A stretch of DNA of 54,333 bases, taken from the IMG/VR virus record IMGVR_UViG_3300020045_001996, positions 1-54,333 of that record, one strand, 5' to 3'. The DNA comes from a virus (lineage: Duplodnaviria > Caudoviricetes). The number at the start of each line of letters is the position of its first letter. Position 1 is the stretch's first letter. The translations under genes were made by a program, and so were the position numbers. Below, in pieces: positions 19,274-27,249 of the stretch. The notes under the pieces are model-generated. The model saw nothing but the letters and a program-made list of their open reading frames with translations, did not search any database and had not been told where the DNA came from.

Positions 19274-20220
19274 TTCAACCTTTCAATCAAAAACTTAGTA
19301 GAAATAAAGCTAGGATCAGCAAAACCGTTCTTAGCATCATGTAGCATTACGACACCCCTAAAGTGATTATTTCCAGTGTAACCTTTGTACGTTTCATTGA
19401 ATGGGTAGCTGGCCCCAGCGACAATACCAAGTCGCATTGTACCATCCAGAACAGGTTGAATCGCTACTTCAAGAGTTTGTTTATGACCAACACAAAAAGA
19501 GCATCCTACATTCTTCAGCATTGAAGCTGCCGTACCACCATAAGGCTTACCTGTCATCGGATTAGAAAGATAATGCACGAAGGTGATACCTTGGATATAA
19601 ACTGGTTTGAGGAAGTCATGTGTTTCCCAGTCCTTTTCAAGTTCAAGCAAGTGATACCCAATAAAGCCTTCAAATTCACTGTTGTTACTTGGTACTCGTT
19701 GCAGACGTTCTTCGTGATTTCCCAAACAGAACACCATTCGTGGTTGATATGAAGGATCAGTCTCTTGATAATCTCGAAGTGGTTTCAAGAACTTCTTCAT
19801 GCCCTCTTTACCAGCTTCAATATCTTCTGCGAGTCTACGTCCTTCAAAACTAAGTTTACCTTTATCATAGACTGACAGACTAGGCATATCATAAAAGTCC
19901 CCAATATTTACAACAACATCCGGTTTCTTGTCGACAATGTACTGTCCAATTGCTGTTAGATAAGTTGTGTCTACACCTTTACGGACTTGACAATCGGGTA
20001 CAAATAGAATCTTCAAGCCTTTCTTCTCAACTGGAAGTTGTTGTGTGTTCGCAATTCCCGAATTCAGAATGTTACAGACACTGCTCTTTTTAGTTTCACT
20101 ACCAAGAACAATCTTAGCAATTTCTCTAGATGAAAACCCCAACTCATCTAGAGCCTTAATCTTATCTTTTACGCTCTGGGAGTGCTGCCTTGCGTTTGCA
20201 ACTTTGTTGTTCTCTTTCAA
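19270..20220 (-). CDS. metallophosphoesterase (calcineurin-like) with N-terminal HTH
   Basis: PDCQ, NIGDFYD, GNHE, FVH, VGHKQ motifs; GFSSREIAK HTH. Confidence 0.8.
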   Translation of the reverse strand: MKENNKVANARQHSQSVKDKIKALDELGFSSREIAKIVLGSETKKSSVCNILNSGIANTQQLPVEKKGLKILFVPDCQVRKGVDTTYLTAIGQYIVDKKPDVVVNIGDFYDMPSLSVYDKGKLSFEGRRLAEDIEAGKEGMKKFLKPLRDYQETDPSYQPRMVFCLGNHEERLQRVPSNNSEFEGFIGYHLLELEKDWETHDFLKPVYIQGITFVHYLSNPMTGKPYGGTAASMLKNVGCSFCVGHKQTLEVAIQPVLDGTMRLGIVAGASYPFNETYKGYTGNNHFRGVVMLHDAKNGFADPSFISTKFLIERLK

Positions 20221-20223
20221 AGG

Positions 20224-20451
20224 TTATTCCTCCTCTTGTTCAAAATATGTAGTATTGTGCAATGGTAGATATTCCGTAAATAGATGCCCAGCAAGAAGAT
20301 TAATACCAACACTGTTGTCCTTGAGTTGATAACCACTACCACGGAGGAACTTTACAAACTGATCTAGTGCAGAATACCACACATCAGATTCAAATTCGTG
20401 CGTGACAATAGTACCATCTTCTTTGTCTTCGGATTGTAGTGTAAATTTCAT
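20224..20451 (-). CDS. hypothetical protein
   Basis: Packed operon; F..FLRGSGY motif. Confidence 0.6.
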   Translation of the reverse strand: MKFTLQSEDKEDGTIVTHEFESDVWYSALDQFVKFLRGSGYQLKDNSVGINLLAGHLFTEYLPLHNTTYFEQEEE

Positions 20452-20633
20452 TTGATTTCCTCCCAGTAAATTTCCAACCGTTCGTTAGCCCATTCAGAAA
20501 CAATTTCAAATTTTCCATCGTCAGAAAGTTCTTCCCATTCCTCATCAGTCAAGCCATAATCTTCTGTGTCAATGATAGCTTTCCGTGCAGAGTGGATATT
20601 AGCTCCACTGTTACAGACAAATTTAAGTTTCAT
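20448..20633 (-). CDS. hypothetical protein
   Basis: GANIHS..acidic; ATGA-type overlaps. Confidence 0.6.
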   Translation of the reverse strand: MKLKFVCNSGANIHSARKAIIDTEDYGLTDEEWEELSDDGKFEIVSEWANERLEIYWEEIK

Positions 20634-21139
20634 TTAGGTTTCCTTTCGTTGATAATATTCTTTACTTCTTCATAGCTGAACTGTCTAGTCATTAACGCCT
20701 TGCGAAAGAGTTTCCTGCGTTCGGTAGCATTGCTCCCTTGAGATTGCCCTAGTAAGTGCAGGACTTCTTTCTTTTGTCCTTCTGGGAGTTTATTGAAGAG
20801 AATCATGGACTTTTTCAACCACTGATCATGCCGGAATCGTTTATCTACTGGGGACTCAAGAAAACTTGCGCAGTTCCGTAGAAAATCACTCAAACTGCCA
20901 GGGAACCACCAAGATAGGTATCGACGCCATGCGTTTTCTAGCACACCAAGAGCACTGTTTGCGGCTCTACTGGCTACACCTCGAACAAACATTTCGTCAT
21001 CGTGAGCATGTTCAAGTACGGACTCTTTCTTGTCTAATGGGAGTCCCGTGATTATACACTTGTTTCCCTGCTCTTTCAGAAGTAAGTCTCGAACCTCTGC
21101 TTTATCTTTTGGGCTATACAACTCACGAGTCAAAATCAT
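20630..21139 (-). CDS. endonuclease VII-like Holliday junction resolvase
   Basis: EQGNKCIITG....VLEHAHD...VRGV..R.AN..LG..EN. Confidence 0.75.
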   Translation of the reverse strand: MILTRELYSPKDKAEVRDLLLKEQGNKCIITGLPLDKKESVLEHAHDDEMFVRGVASRAANSALGVLENAWRRYLSWWFPGSLSDFLRNCASFLESPVDKRFRHDQWLKKSMILFNKLPEGQKKEVLHLLGQSQGSNATERRKLFRKALMTRQFSYEEVKNIINERKPK

Positions 21140-21357
21140 TCCCCATAAACAGCCCACTTCCAATTCTCAATTTCATCATCAGTTAATTGAATGTGCTCTA
21201 CATGCGCTGCCATTCCTTGGTAAACCTTAAAGAAATCTACAAACAATTGACCACTTGGATAACCATGACCTTCGTAGATTACTTCACCATCAAAGACGAT
21301 TACGCACCAATCTCCTGATTCTTTGTTGTTGTCAATGAATTTAATGTTGCTGCTCAT
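21136..21357 (-). CDS. hypothetical protein
   Basis: Packed operon; SGDW...YEGH. Confidence 0.55.
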   Translation of the reverse strand: MSSNIKFIDNNKESGDWCVIVFDGEVIYEGHGYPSGQLFVDFFKVYQGMAAHVEHIQLTDDEIENWKWAVYGE

Positions 21358-21554
21358 TCTACATCCTCATAAGCAAATAGTTTAGCACCTTCAAAGTAGT
21401 AGATTGTTTGCTTTCCGTTTCGTTCATAAGTCTCGTGACAGAAATTCCCTGAAAACTGCCCATCACTACTGTCAACGAGCGTAGCATGTTCTTTACTAAA
21501 TTCGTAAGTTGCTTGAACAGCGTTACGTTGTTGCTGTGTTTTGATTTCAATCAT
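21354..21554 (-). CDS. hypothetical protein
   Basis: Packed operon. Confidence 0.5.
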   Translation of the reverse strand: MIEIKTQQQRNAVQATYEFSKEHATLVDSSDGQFSGNFCHETYERNGKQTIYYFEGAKLFAYEDVE

Positions 21555-21556
21555 TC

Positions 21557-21841
21557 TTAAACCACCCCCTCTTGAAGTAAATCAATCTTTGTACCATCTT
21601 TGTGAACTAGGAATAATTCCTCATATACAATAGTCTGACCACAAGGTTCATTATCCCCAGAAATACTTACTCCAGCAAAAATCCTCTTATTGCAGTCACA
21701 CCCGTAATTTCCTTCTGAATAAAGGTAAGAGCTATTGTGGATAATATTATCAAGGCTTTCACCTATGATTGAATATATGTAGTTTGTGAAGTTTACACCG
21801 AGGACTTTGCCTTGAATAGTGTAATCTTTGTTTTTTTTCAT
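21557..21841 (-). CDS. hypothetical protein
   Basis: EGNYGCDCNK motif. Confidence 0.55.
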   Translation of the reverse strand: MKKNKDYTIQGKVLGVNFTNYIYSIIGESLDNIIHNSSYLYSEGNYGCDCNKRIFAGVSISGDNEPCGQTIVYEELFLVHKDGTKIDLLQEGVV

Positions 21842-21847
21842 ATTGGC

Positions 21848-22822
21848 TCATATTTGAATCCCCAATCCTTTAAAAGCTTTTCTCAAATCTATTCGGTCAT
21901 TAGGCCACCTCTGCAAGTGAGCTAAATCAAACATCTCACGCATCACATAGAACCAATCAATTTCAAACGTAGCTCCTTTCCAATTTGTGATTATTTTTGG
22001 TTCTGGGTAAAGATACTGGAAGTGATCTTTCATAGCAATGAAAGCCTCTGTGTCATTCTTGCAGTCCTTGATGGCATTGTACGCTGTTACAGGGCCATTC
22101 TCTTTGTCAGAGAAGCAATGCGGCCAATAGTGGTCACTTTTGTCACCTTGGCAAACTTGAAGATACTTGAATAGCCTTCCGTAACCGTCAACATCACCCT
22201 CATTCTGCCATAACTTACCAAAACCCCTCACCTTTCGTCTATCATCCTTCAAATAAAAGTACCAGTTACCATCACACCCTTTGAAGTCTTTGTCAAGGAC
22301 TATTGCGGCAAAGTCTTGTTTGTTTTTCACGGCATTGTAGTTGTCTGTACAGACTAAATCATCAGCTTCCACGGTGCGGGCTACTTTAGCTTTATGATGC
22401 TGTACAACATACTCCTTACACGCTATCAAGTGAATAGGAAGTTCTGCTACTCGTTGCCCCTTGTAAGGTTGCAAAGTACAGATGTCTTTCCTAAAGTTAG
22501 TGTCACTACCAACATATCCATAGTAGTCTTTTGTATCAAACTTATCAAGCATTCCTTCAATGGTACTCTTGATGGACTTCAATGCGTACTCTACAGGTTC
22601 AGGCGCAGTTACGTCTTGGATATCAAAGTCTTCGAGTTTAAGTTCAGGATGCGCTGATAGCCAACCACCGTCTTTTCGTTTCCAATAGCCGTAAAAGTCC
22701 GTTCGTGTTTTGAATGTTTCTACATTTCCAGTTGGTTTGTGCAAGCAACTAATGCTACGTTGCTGGTTTGCAGCAGCAGCCCTGAAACAGGTCGCGTCAT
22801 AATCAAAGCAAAGTTTCTTCAA
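21848..22822 (-). CDS. 5'-3' exonuclease (T7 gp6 / flap-like)
   Basis: FDYD, NFRKDI....YKGQR, VEADD, DKD, GDKSD; AAGGAGG RBS before TTG 22822. Confidence 0.82.
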   Translation of the reverse strand: MKKLCFDYDATCFRAAAANQQRSISCLHKPTGNVETFKTRTDFYGYWKRKDGGWLSAHPELKLEDFDIQDVTAPEPVEYALKSIKSTIEGMLDKFDTKDYYGYVGSDTNFRKDICTLQPYKGQRVAELPIHLIACKEYVVQHHKAKVARTVEADDLVCTDNYNAVKNKQDFAAIVLDKDFKGCDGNWYFYLKDDRRKVRGFGKLWQNEGDVDGYGRLFKYLQVCQGDKSDHYWPHCFSDKENGPVTAYNAIKDCKNDTEAFIAMKDHFQYLYPEPKIITNWKGATFEIDWFYVMREMFDLAHLQRWPNDRIDLRKAFKGLGIQI

Positions 22823-22864
22823 TACTACCTCCTTTCGTAGAAAGACCCCTTGTGGGGTCAATCC

Positions 22865-23116
22865 TTAATATGTACTCCGCACTTCCTCAACCAACTCTGC
22901 AAACTCTTCGTTCTTTTCAATCAGATCATCTGCCTTACTGGTAGCGAGTGCTTTTGAAACTTTCACCAAGAGAGGTGCATCAAACCCAGCAGCTTTAATT
23001 TCTTCTTTAATTTCTGAAATCCCCTCGGTAATACTCTCAATCTCATAAAACTGCCGCTTGAGTTGTTCAACATACTCAGCCTTAGTCTTAAATTTCTTCG
23101 TTGTTTCTTCAGTCAT
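22865..23116 (-). CDS. small dsDNA-binding protein (GapR/DUF2312 or T4 DsbA-like)
   Basis: Helical E.I.EIKEEIKAAGFD..L...; resemblance only. Confidence 0.5.
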   Translation of the reverse strand: MTEETTKKFKTKAEYVEQLKRQFYEIESITEGISEIKEEIKAAGFDAPLLVKVSKALATSKADDLIEKNEEFAELVEEVRSTY

Positions 23117-23128
23117 ATTTATTCTCCT

Positions 23129-23317
23129 TTAAGTTGATTTCTTCGAGCTACCAAACGCAAGCAAACAAAGCCAAACTACACTCAGCCAAGTCCAAATGTT
23201 ATAAGCAATACTCATGTTAAAGAGTGTATTGATTGACGCAATGGTTAGGATAGGCCCCACGCCAATCAAGGCGATAATCAAAATAATCAATCCTACAATA
23301 CTTAGTGTTTCTTTCAT
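23129..23317 (-). CDS. small membrane protein
   Basis: Two hydrophobic helices; GP...I.SINTLF. Confidence 0.6.
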   Translation of the reverse strand: MKETLSIVGLIILIIALIGVGPILTIASINTLFNMSIAYNIWTWLSVVWLCLLAFGSSKKST

Positions 23318-23319
23318 AA

Positions 23320-23901
23320 TTAAACTCCTCCATGAGTATCGGTGTAGTTCGCACCATTTTTATTTAACTCTGCTATTTTTGATTTTCTAAGTTCTGTAGC
23401 AAGACGCATTGCTTCTTCTTGCCCATACTTAGAAAACCTAAAGTACTGCGTATGCTGTTTCCCATTTTCGTACCATGTTGTAGCAATAGCCACTGGGTTG
23501 GTAGCCGGGTGATATTTTACACCCGTAACCCCCGTCTTATTTCGTTCATGCATTGTTGCATTTCTGTTATTCTCAGCAAGGGTCTTACACTTAAGGTTTT
23601 CAATCCGGTTATCACAGTTATTACGATTTAAGTGATCAATCACCATTCCTGATGGAATTGGTCCATTAAATAGTTCCCAAACTATGCGATGGGTGTATAT
23701 TCTCTTTCCTTGGATTTGAACCATACACCCACCAGATTTTCCATCTCTACGCTTAACAACTCCTCCGGCGATAGAGCACTTTTGCTTGCGGATTGCTTTA
23801 TATTTCACCCCTCCATAAATGTCCTTTTTCCAACGCAATCCTGTACAAACCTCTGGGTCATAAAAGAACCATTCGCTATAGTTTAACTCACCGCCCATCA
23901 A
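23320..23901 (-). CDS. HNH homing endonuclease with AP2-like domain
   Basis: THRIVWELFNGPIPSGMVIDHLNRNNCDNRIENL...N; NKTGVTGV...F.FSKYG. Confidence 0.88.
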   Translation of the reverse strand: MMGGELNYSEWFFYDPEVCTGLRWKKDIYGGVKYKAIRKQKCSIAGGVVKRRDGKSGGCMVQIQGKRIYTHRIVWELFNGPIPSGMVIDHLNRNNCDNRIENLKCKTLAENNRNATMHERNKTGVTGVKYHPATNPVAIATTWYENGKQHTQYFRFSKYGQEEAMRLATELRKSKIAELNKNGANYTDTHGGV

Positions 23902-24124
23902 TCACCTGAATAGCAATTTTTCTAATATGCGCTTTTTGCCTATCGACACCTCCAGATGCCCAAGCCCACTCATCAACGTCATTTCTAACTTCCCGTGCAG
24001 TTTCCCGTGTACTAAAAATGTTGTGAGGCTTAATCTCCCCATTCACCTCAACTGCCCATGCAATAATAGGAACTTGCTTTGCTGCTTTAGCTACAGCTTT
24101 GGTTACTTTTGTGTTCTTAGTCAT
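23888..24124 (-). CDS. hypothetical protein
   Basis: AAGGAG RBS. Confidence 0.55.
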   Translation of the reverse strand: MTKNTKVTKAVAKAAKQVPIIAWAVEVNGEIKPHNIFSTRETAREVRNDVDEWAWASGGVDRQKAHIRKIAIQVIDGR

Positions 24125-24125
24125 A

Positions 24126-24308
24126 TTACTCCTTTGTTGAATTCTCTACATTTTGAACTACTTTTTCAAGTGCAGTTGCAGTGTAAGGTTTTTCCTTATC
24201 TGTCAGTGCACCACCAAGGGTTACAACATCCGCAGCCAATGCAATAGGTGTTTCAATTACTACACCTACAACTGCTTTAGTCAAACTCTCTAGCATACCG
24301 AACATCAC
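24126..24308 (-). CDS. hypothetical protein
   Basis: GAGGAGG RBS; P.A.AADVVTLGGALTD motif. Confidence 0.6.
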   Translation of the reverse strand: MMFGMLESLTKAVVGVVIETPIALAADVVTLGGALTDKEKPYTATALEKVVQNVENSTKE

Positions 24309-24623
24309 TTACCTCCTCGTTGATTATTCATCCGTTTAGCCGCCTCATCCACGTCACGCCGAAGGTAGAACACACGAATGTTCTCATAGGCTTCTGTGTC
24401 GAATAGGCAATGGTAGCCATTTACGAATTTAGCCACGTAGCGTTGTTGGTTGTTTTGCATACTAATACTCCTCTAAGTTAGTTTCTACTGTGTACTCAAA
24501 AATTACTGCATCTGTTTCTGGAAATCTCTCACGCAATTGCTCTTTTGTCACCCTCTTTGCGTCAAATACCCCAACAATGCAGTCCCATCCAAGGTCTAAC
24601 CCAGTTACTACAAAAACGTCCAT

Positions 24624-24932
24624 TTACTTCTCCTTGCTAGCCAACTTCGCTGCTTCTTTTTGGTTAATCCAATTACGCAAACCTTTACCATAAGAACCAG
24701 CTACATTTTTCATCTTACCTTCACTGCGAAGTTGTTCCCGGAATAGTTCACGAGAAGTTCGCTTACCTTGACCAATGCTTGCATTAGCTTTTGCCAAAGC
24801 ATTGGATTCATTACGTCGATTACGGTAGTCCTCGAAGGACTCATCTGCGTAGCGCACTGGGTTGTGATCAATTCCACTGGCCTTTGGGCGCTTGTCGCTT
24901 TGAATGTTTTTAGTTTGTTGTGTGTTTTCCAT
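24624..24932 (-). CDS. hypothetical basic protein
   Basis: AAGGAG RBS; R...ESFEDYR.RR. Confidence 0.6.
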   Translation of the reverse strand: MENTQQTKNIQSDKRPKASGIDHNPVRYADESFEDYRNRRNESNALAKANASIGQGKRTSRELFREQLRSEGKMKNVAGSYGKGLRNWINQKEAAKLASKEK

Positions 24933-25139
24933 GTTTCTCCTTTACTTTAATAATGTTCTTCTACTTCCACTTTAAAACCTAGGCTCTTAAAGAGTTTCTC
25001 TAGTTTTGGTGTGGGGTCTTCTTCTTGGTCAATATAGTAAGTGCAGTCATCAATCGTGATACTAAAACCATCGCACATGACTCCAATAGTTACTGTTTTC
25101 ATAAAACTCCTTTAATTCATTTACTCTAAGACCCTTAAA

Positions 25140-25215
25140 TGGACCGTCTAGTTGGCTCTGCCCCAACGACCTGTTGCTTAGAAGGCAACTGTTCTTCTTA
25201 CTGAACTATAGACGG
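25140..25215 (-). tRNA. tRNA-Arg(UCU) with atypical D and T loops
   Basis: Acceptor CCGTCTA/TAGACGG + T-CCA; D stem GTTC/GAAC; anticodon arm GTTGC-CTTCTAA-GCAAC; T stem GTTGG/CCAAC; 76 nt. Confidence 0.85.
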
Positions 25216-25313
25216 GCTATTAAAAGGCCCTAGAGCCTCGTGTAAGCCTCTGAAACAATCTAGGCTAAGGCAGTGTACCTTGAACCTAGAGAGTTTAACT
25301 GAGAGCGTTTAGA

Positions 25314-26336
25314 TCAAAAAGGAACGTCCCTATCGTCAAAATCTTCTACAGGCTTCGCAGCTCTCTTAGGTGCAGCAGTCTTAGTCTTTGCTTTCTCTGG
25401 CACTTTGACCTCTGCACCATTACCATCATCTGCACCATCAGAATCATCATCTTGAGGTGTATCCCGTTGACTATTGTCATACAGAGCATCAAGTTGTTTT
25501 TGAATCTTACTACCTTCGTAGTTAGATGCGTTTTTCATGGTATTTCGAATGTGATTACGAAGTTCCTTCAGTGAGTCTTCATCGTTCTCACGGTTGAAAC
25601 CAGTCACATGCAACTTACCTCCGTAGTCAATTTCCTTCTGACCACGAGACAAACCGCTTGCAAACTTGATGTATTCAGTAAAGTAGCTCTTGTTGCCCTT
25701 AGCTTCTTTATTGTACACCTGCACAGTCCAATTTACCGTCTTACCGAGAATCTCACCGATGCGTTTAGTGTCAAACACTTCACCCGGCTTGATGATCTTA
25801 GAAGCCACGGCAATTTGATAAGGCACGCTCTTCTGATCAAATGACCAATTGCCAAGTTTCTTATTAGCTTTCAAGAACATTGGCCGTGCGACAATCATCC
25901 CAAGATTTTCTTGATAGAAGTTGCCCCCCAACCACATGCGCAAAGGTTTTGTTTGACCAGAGGTATCACCAAAGAACTGCCCATGATCAAGTTGAATCTC
26001 AGGGAAGTCCACTGCAATTGCTACAGCTTGAATGGGCTTCTGAGGGTAGCACTTAAACCGTGCCATCTTCTTTGTTTCCTGATTCAATTGAGTCTTGAAA
26101 TAAGTACCTGGGTTCTTTTCAACCTCAAGTGCTTCATCATCTTCATCACCAGTGAACACAAACTCAGCATCTGGTTGTTTCTGAACGCCCAGATCGGCCA
26201 TGAAAGTAATCACACCTTGCATCACTTCTCTGTTTTCCAAATTCGCAGTCTCAATGATATACTGATGATAAGCATCCCAGTCAACATTAGATTGCTTCTT
26301 ACCTGCACTTTGTGCTGCACCATAAACTTCAAACAT
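25314..26336 (-). CDS. putative single-stranded DNA-binding protein
   Basis: In the replication cluster; flexible acidic tail ending DFDDRDVPF (SSB-type C-terminal tip). Confidence 0.6.
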   Translation of the reverse strand: MFEVYGAAQSAGKKQSNVDWDAYHQYIIETANLENREVMQGVITFMADLGVQKQPDAEFVFTGDEDDEALEVEKNPGTYFKTQLNQETKKMARFKCYPQKPIQAVAIAVDFPEIQLDHGQFFGDTSGQTKPLRMWLGGNFYQENLGMIVARPMFLKANKKLGNWSFDQKSVPYQIAVASKIIKPGEVFDTKRIGEILGKTVNWTVQVYNKEAKGNKSYFTEYIKFASGLSRGQKEIDYGGKLHVTGFNRENDEDSLKELRNHIRNTMKNASNYEGSKIQKQLDALYDNSQRDTPQDDDSDGADDGNGAEVKVPEKAKTKTAAPKRAAKPVEDFDDRDVPF

Positions 26337-26445
26337 ATTTTCTCCTTTAAGTTAAGCACGTTTTTACCGCAGAACGTTCATAACTGCTTTGTCCTCTTTC
26401 CAGTAGAAGGACTAACTACATATACTCCTAACGAATTAAAAAACT

Positions 26446-26532
26446 TGGTGCAAGCGGAGAGACTCGAACTCTCACCCCCTTTTGGGGAACAGATTTTAAG
26501 TCTGTCGTGTTTACCAATTACACCACGCTTGC
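26446..26532 (-). tRNA. tRNA-Leu(UAA)
   Basis: Acceptor GCAAGCG/CGCTTGC + ACCA; ACAGA-CTTAAAA-TCTGT; long variable arm CCCC-AAAA-GGGG; GAGAG-TTCGAGT-CTCTC. Confidence 0.95.
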
Positions 26533-26538
26533 AATATT

Positions 26539-26624
26539 TGGTGCAACAGGCCTGATTATTTCCCCAGCAATTTGGTCCTTCACCTTGAGGGGATCAGCGC
26601 TCTAACCAACTGAGCTACTGTTGC
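26539..26624 (-). ncRNA. tRNA-like RNA or pseudo-tRNA
   Basis: Perfect acceptor GCAACAG/CTGTTGC + ACCA and canonical D arm GCTC-AGTTGGTTA-GAGC, but no canonical anticodon or TTC arm. Confidence 0.65.
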
Positions 26625-26633
26625 TTAAAACGA

Positions 26634-26642
26634 ATTATAGCA
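26634..26642 (-). promoter_or_regulatory. extended -10 promoter for the tRNA pair
   Basis: TGCTATAAT ending 9 nt upstream of the tRNA-like RNA. Confidence 0.65.
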
Positions 26643-26681
26643 CAGATTTCTTAACTCTCTGCATCTATTTCTTGTTTTTCT

Positions 26682-27044
26682 TCATGTGTTGTTTGATTGC
26701 AACACTTCCGGCTCCACCCTGCACTTAGACATAATCTGAAGTAAAAAGTTCAATGTAGCATCCCTATGAACATAGGCAGAACTTAGTTCTAACCCTGCAT
26801 AGCGCATCCAATCAAAAGGACTGCTAATACTAATAGTACTTTGCTGTGTATGAACGAACTGGTTTGCTAATGAACCACCAAGCACGCCCTTAAAGTCTAA
26901 TACACTTAGCCATAACTCCCGACTTCTTAAAGTGTCTCCTGTTACTACCAAGATTTGCCCATGGTTTTCTGCAATACTTTGTAGCAGTTTGTTGTCAGTA
27001 ACAAACCTCATCTCACCTTTGTAATCTACTCTAAGATAACTCAT
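26682..27044 (-). CDS. hypothetical protein
   Basis: ORF with purine-rich RBS. Confidence 0.55.
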   Translation of the reverse strand: MSYLRVDYKGEMRFVTDNKLLQSIAENHGQILVVTGDTLRSRELWLSVLDFKGVLGGSLANQFVHTQQSTISISSPFDWMRYAGLELSSAYVHRDATLNFLLQIMSKCRVEPEVLQSNNT

Positions 27045-27081
27045 ATCTTATTCCCTTTCTTTCATATCGTTCATAGCAAAG

Positions 27082-27249
27082 CTACTCTCTTTCCAAATTA
27101 AGTTTATCAATTGAATTTTCCCAACAAACCATAGCAAGTCTCATCAGGTCACATCTCGGGATGGAGAAACGTTGGATTTCTTTTCCTGATTCACTGAACT
27201 TGATTATACAGCAGAAGTCAAGGTCGTAAGTATAGTGGAAGTGGGTCAT
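27082..27249 (-). CDS. small hypothetical protein (55 aa, below track cutoff)
   Basis: ATG overlaps the polymerase stop; MTHFHYTYDLDFCCIIKF...ERE. Confidence 0.45.
   Translation of the reverse strand: MTHFHYTYDLDFCCIIKFSESGKEIQRFSIPRCDLMRLAMVCWENSIDKLNLERE

Noticed and set aside
26539-26624. Opal-suppressor tRNA (contains TCA)
   Set aside because: The TCA is not centred in a 7-nt loop on a 5-bp stem, and there is no canonical T arm.
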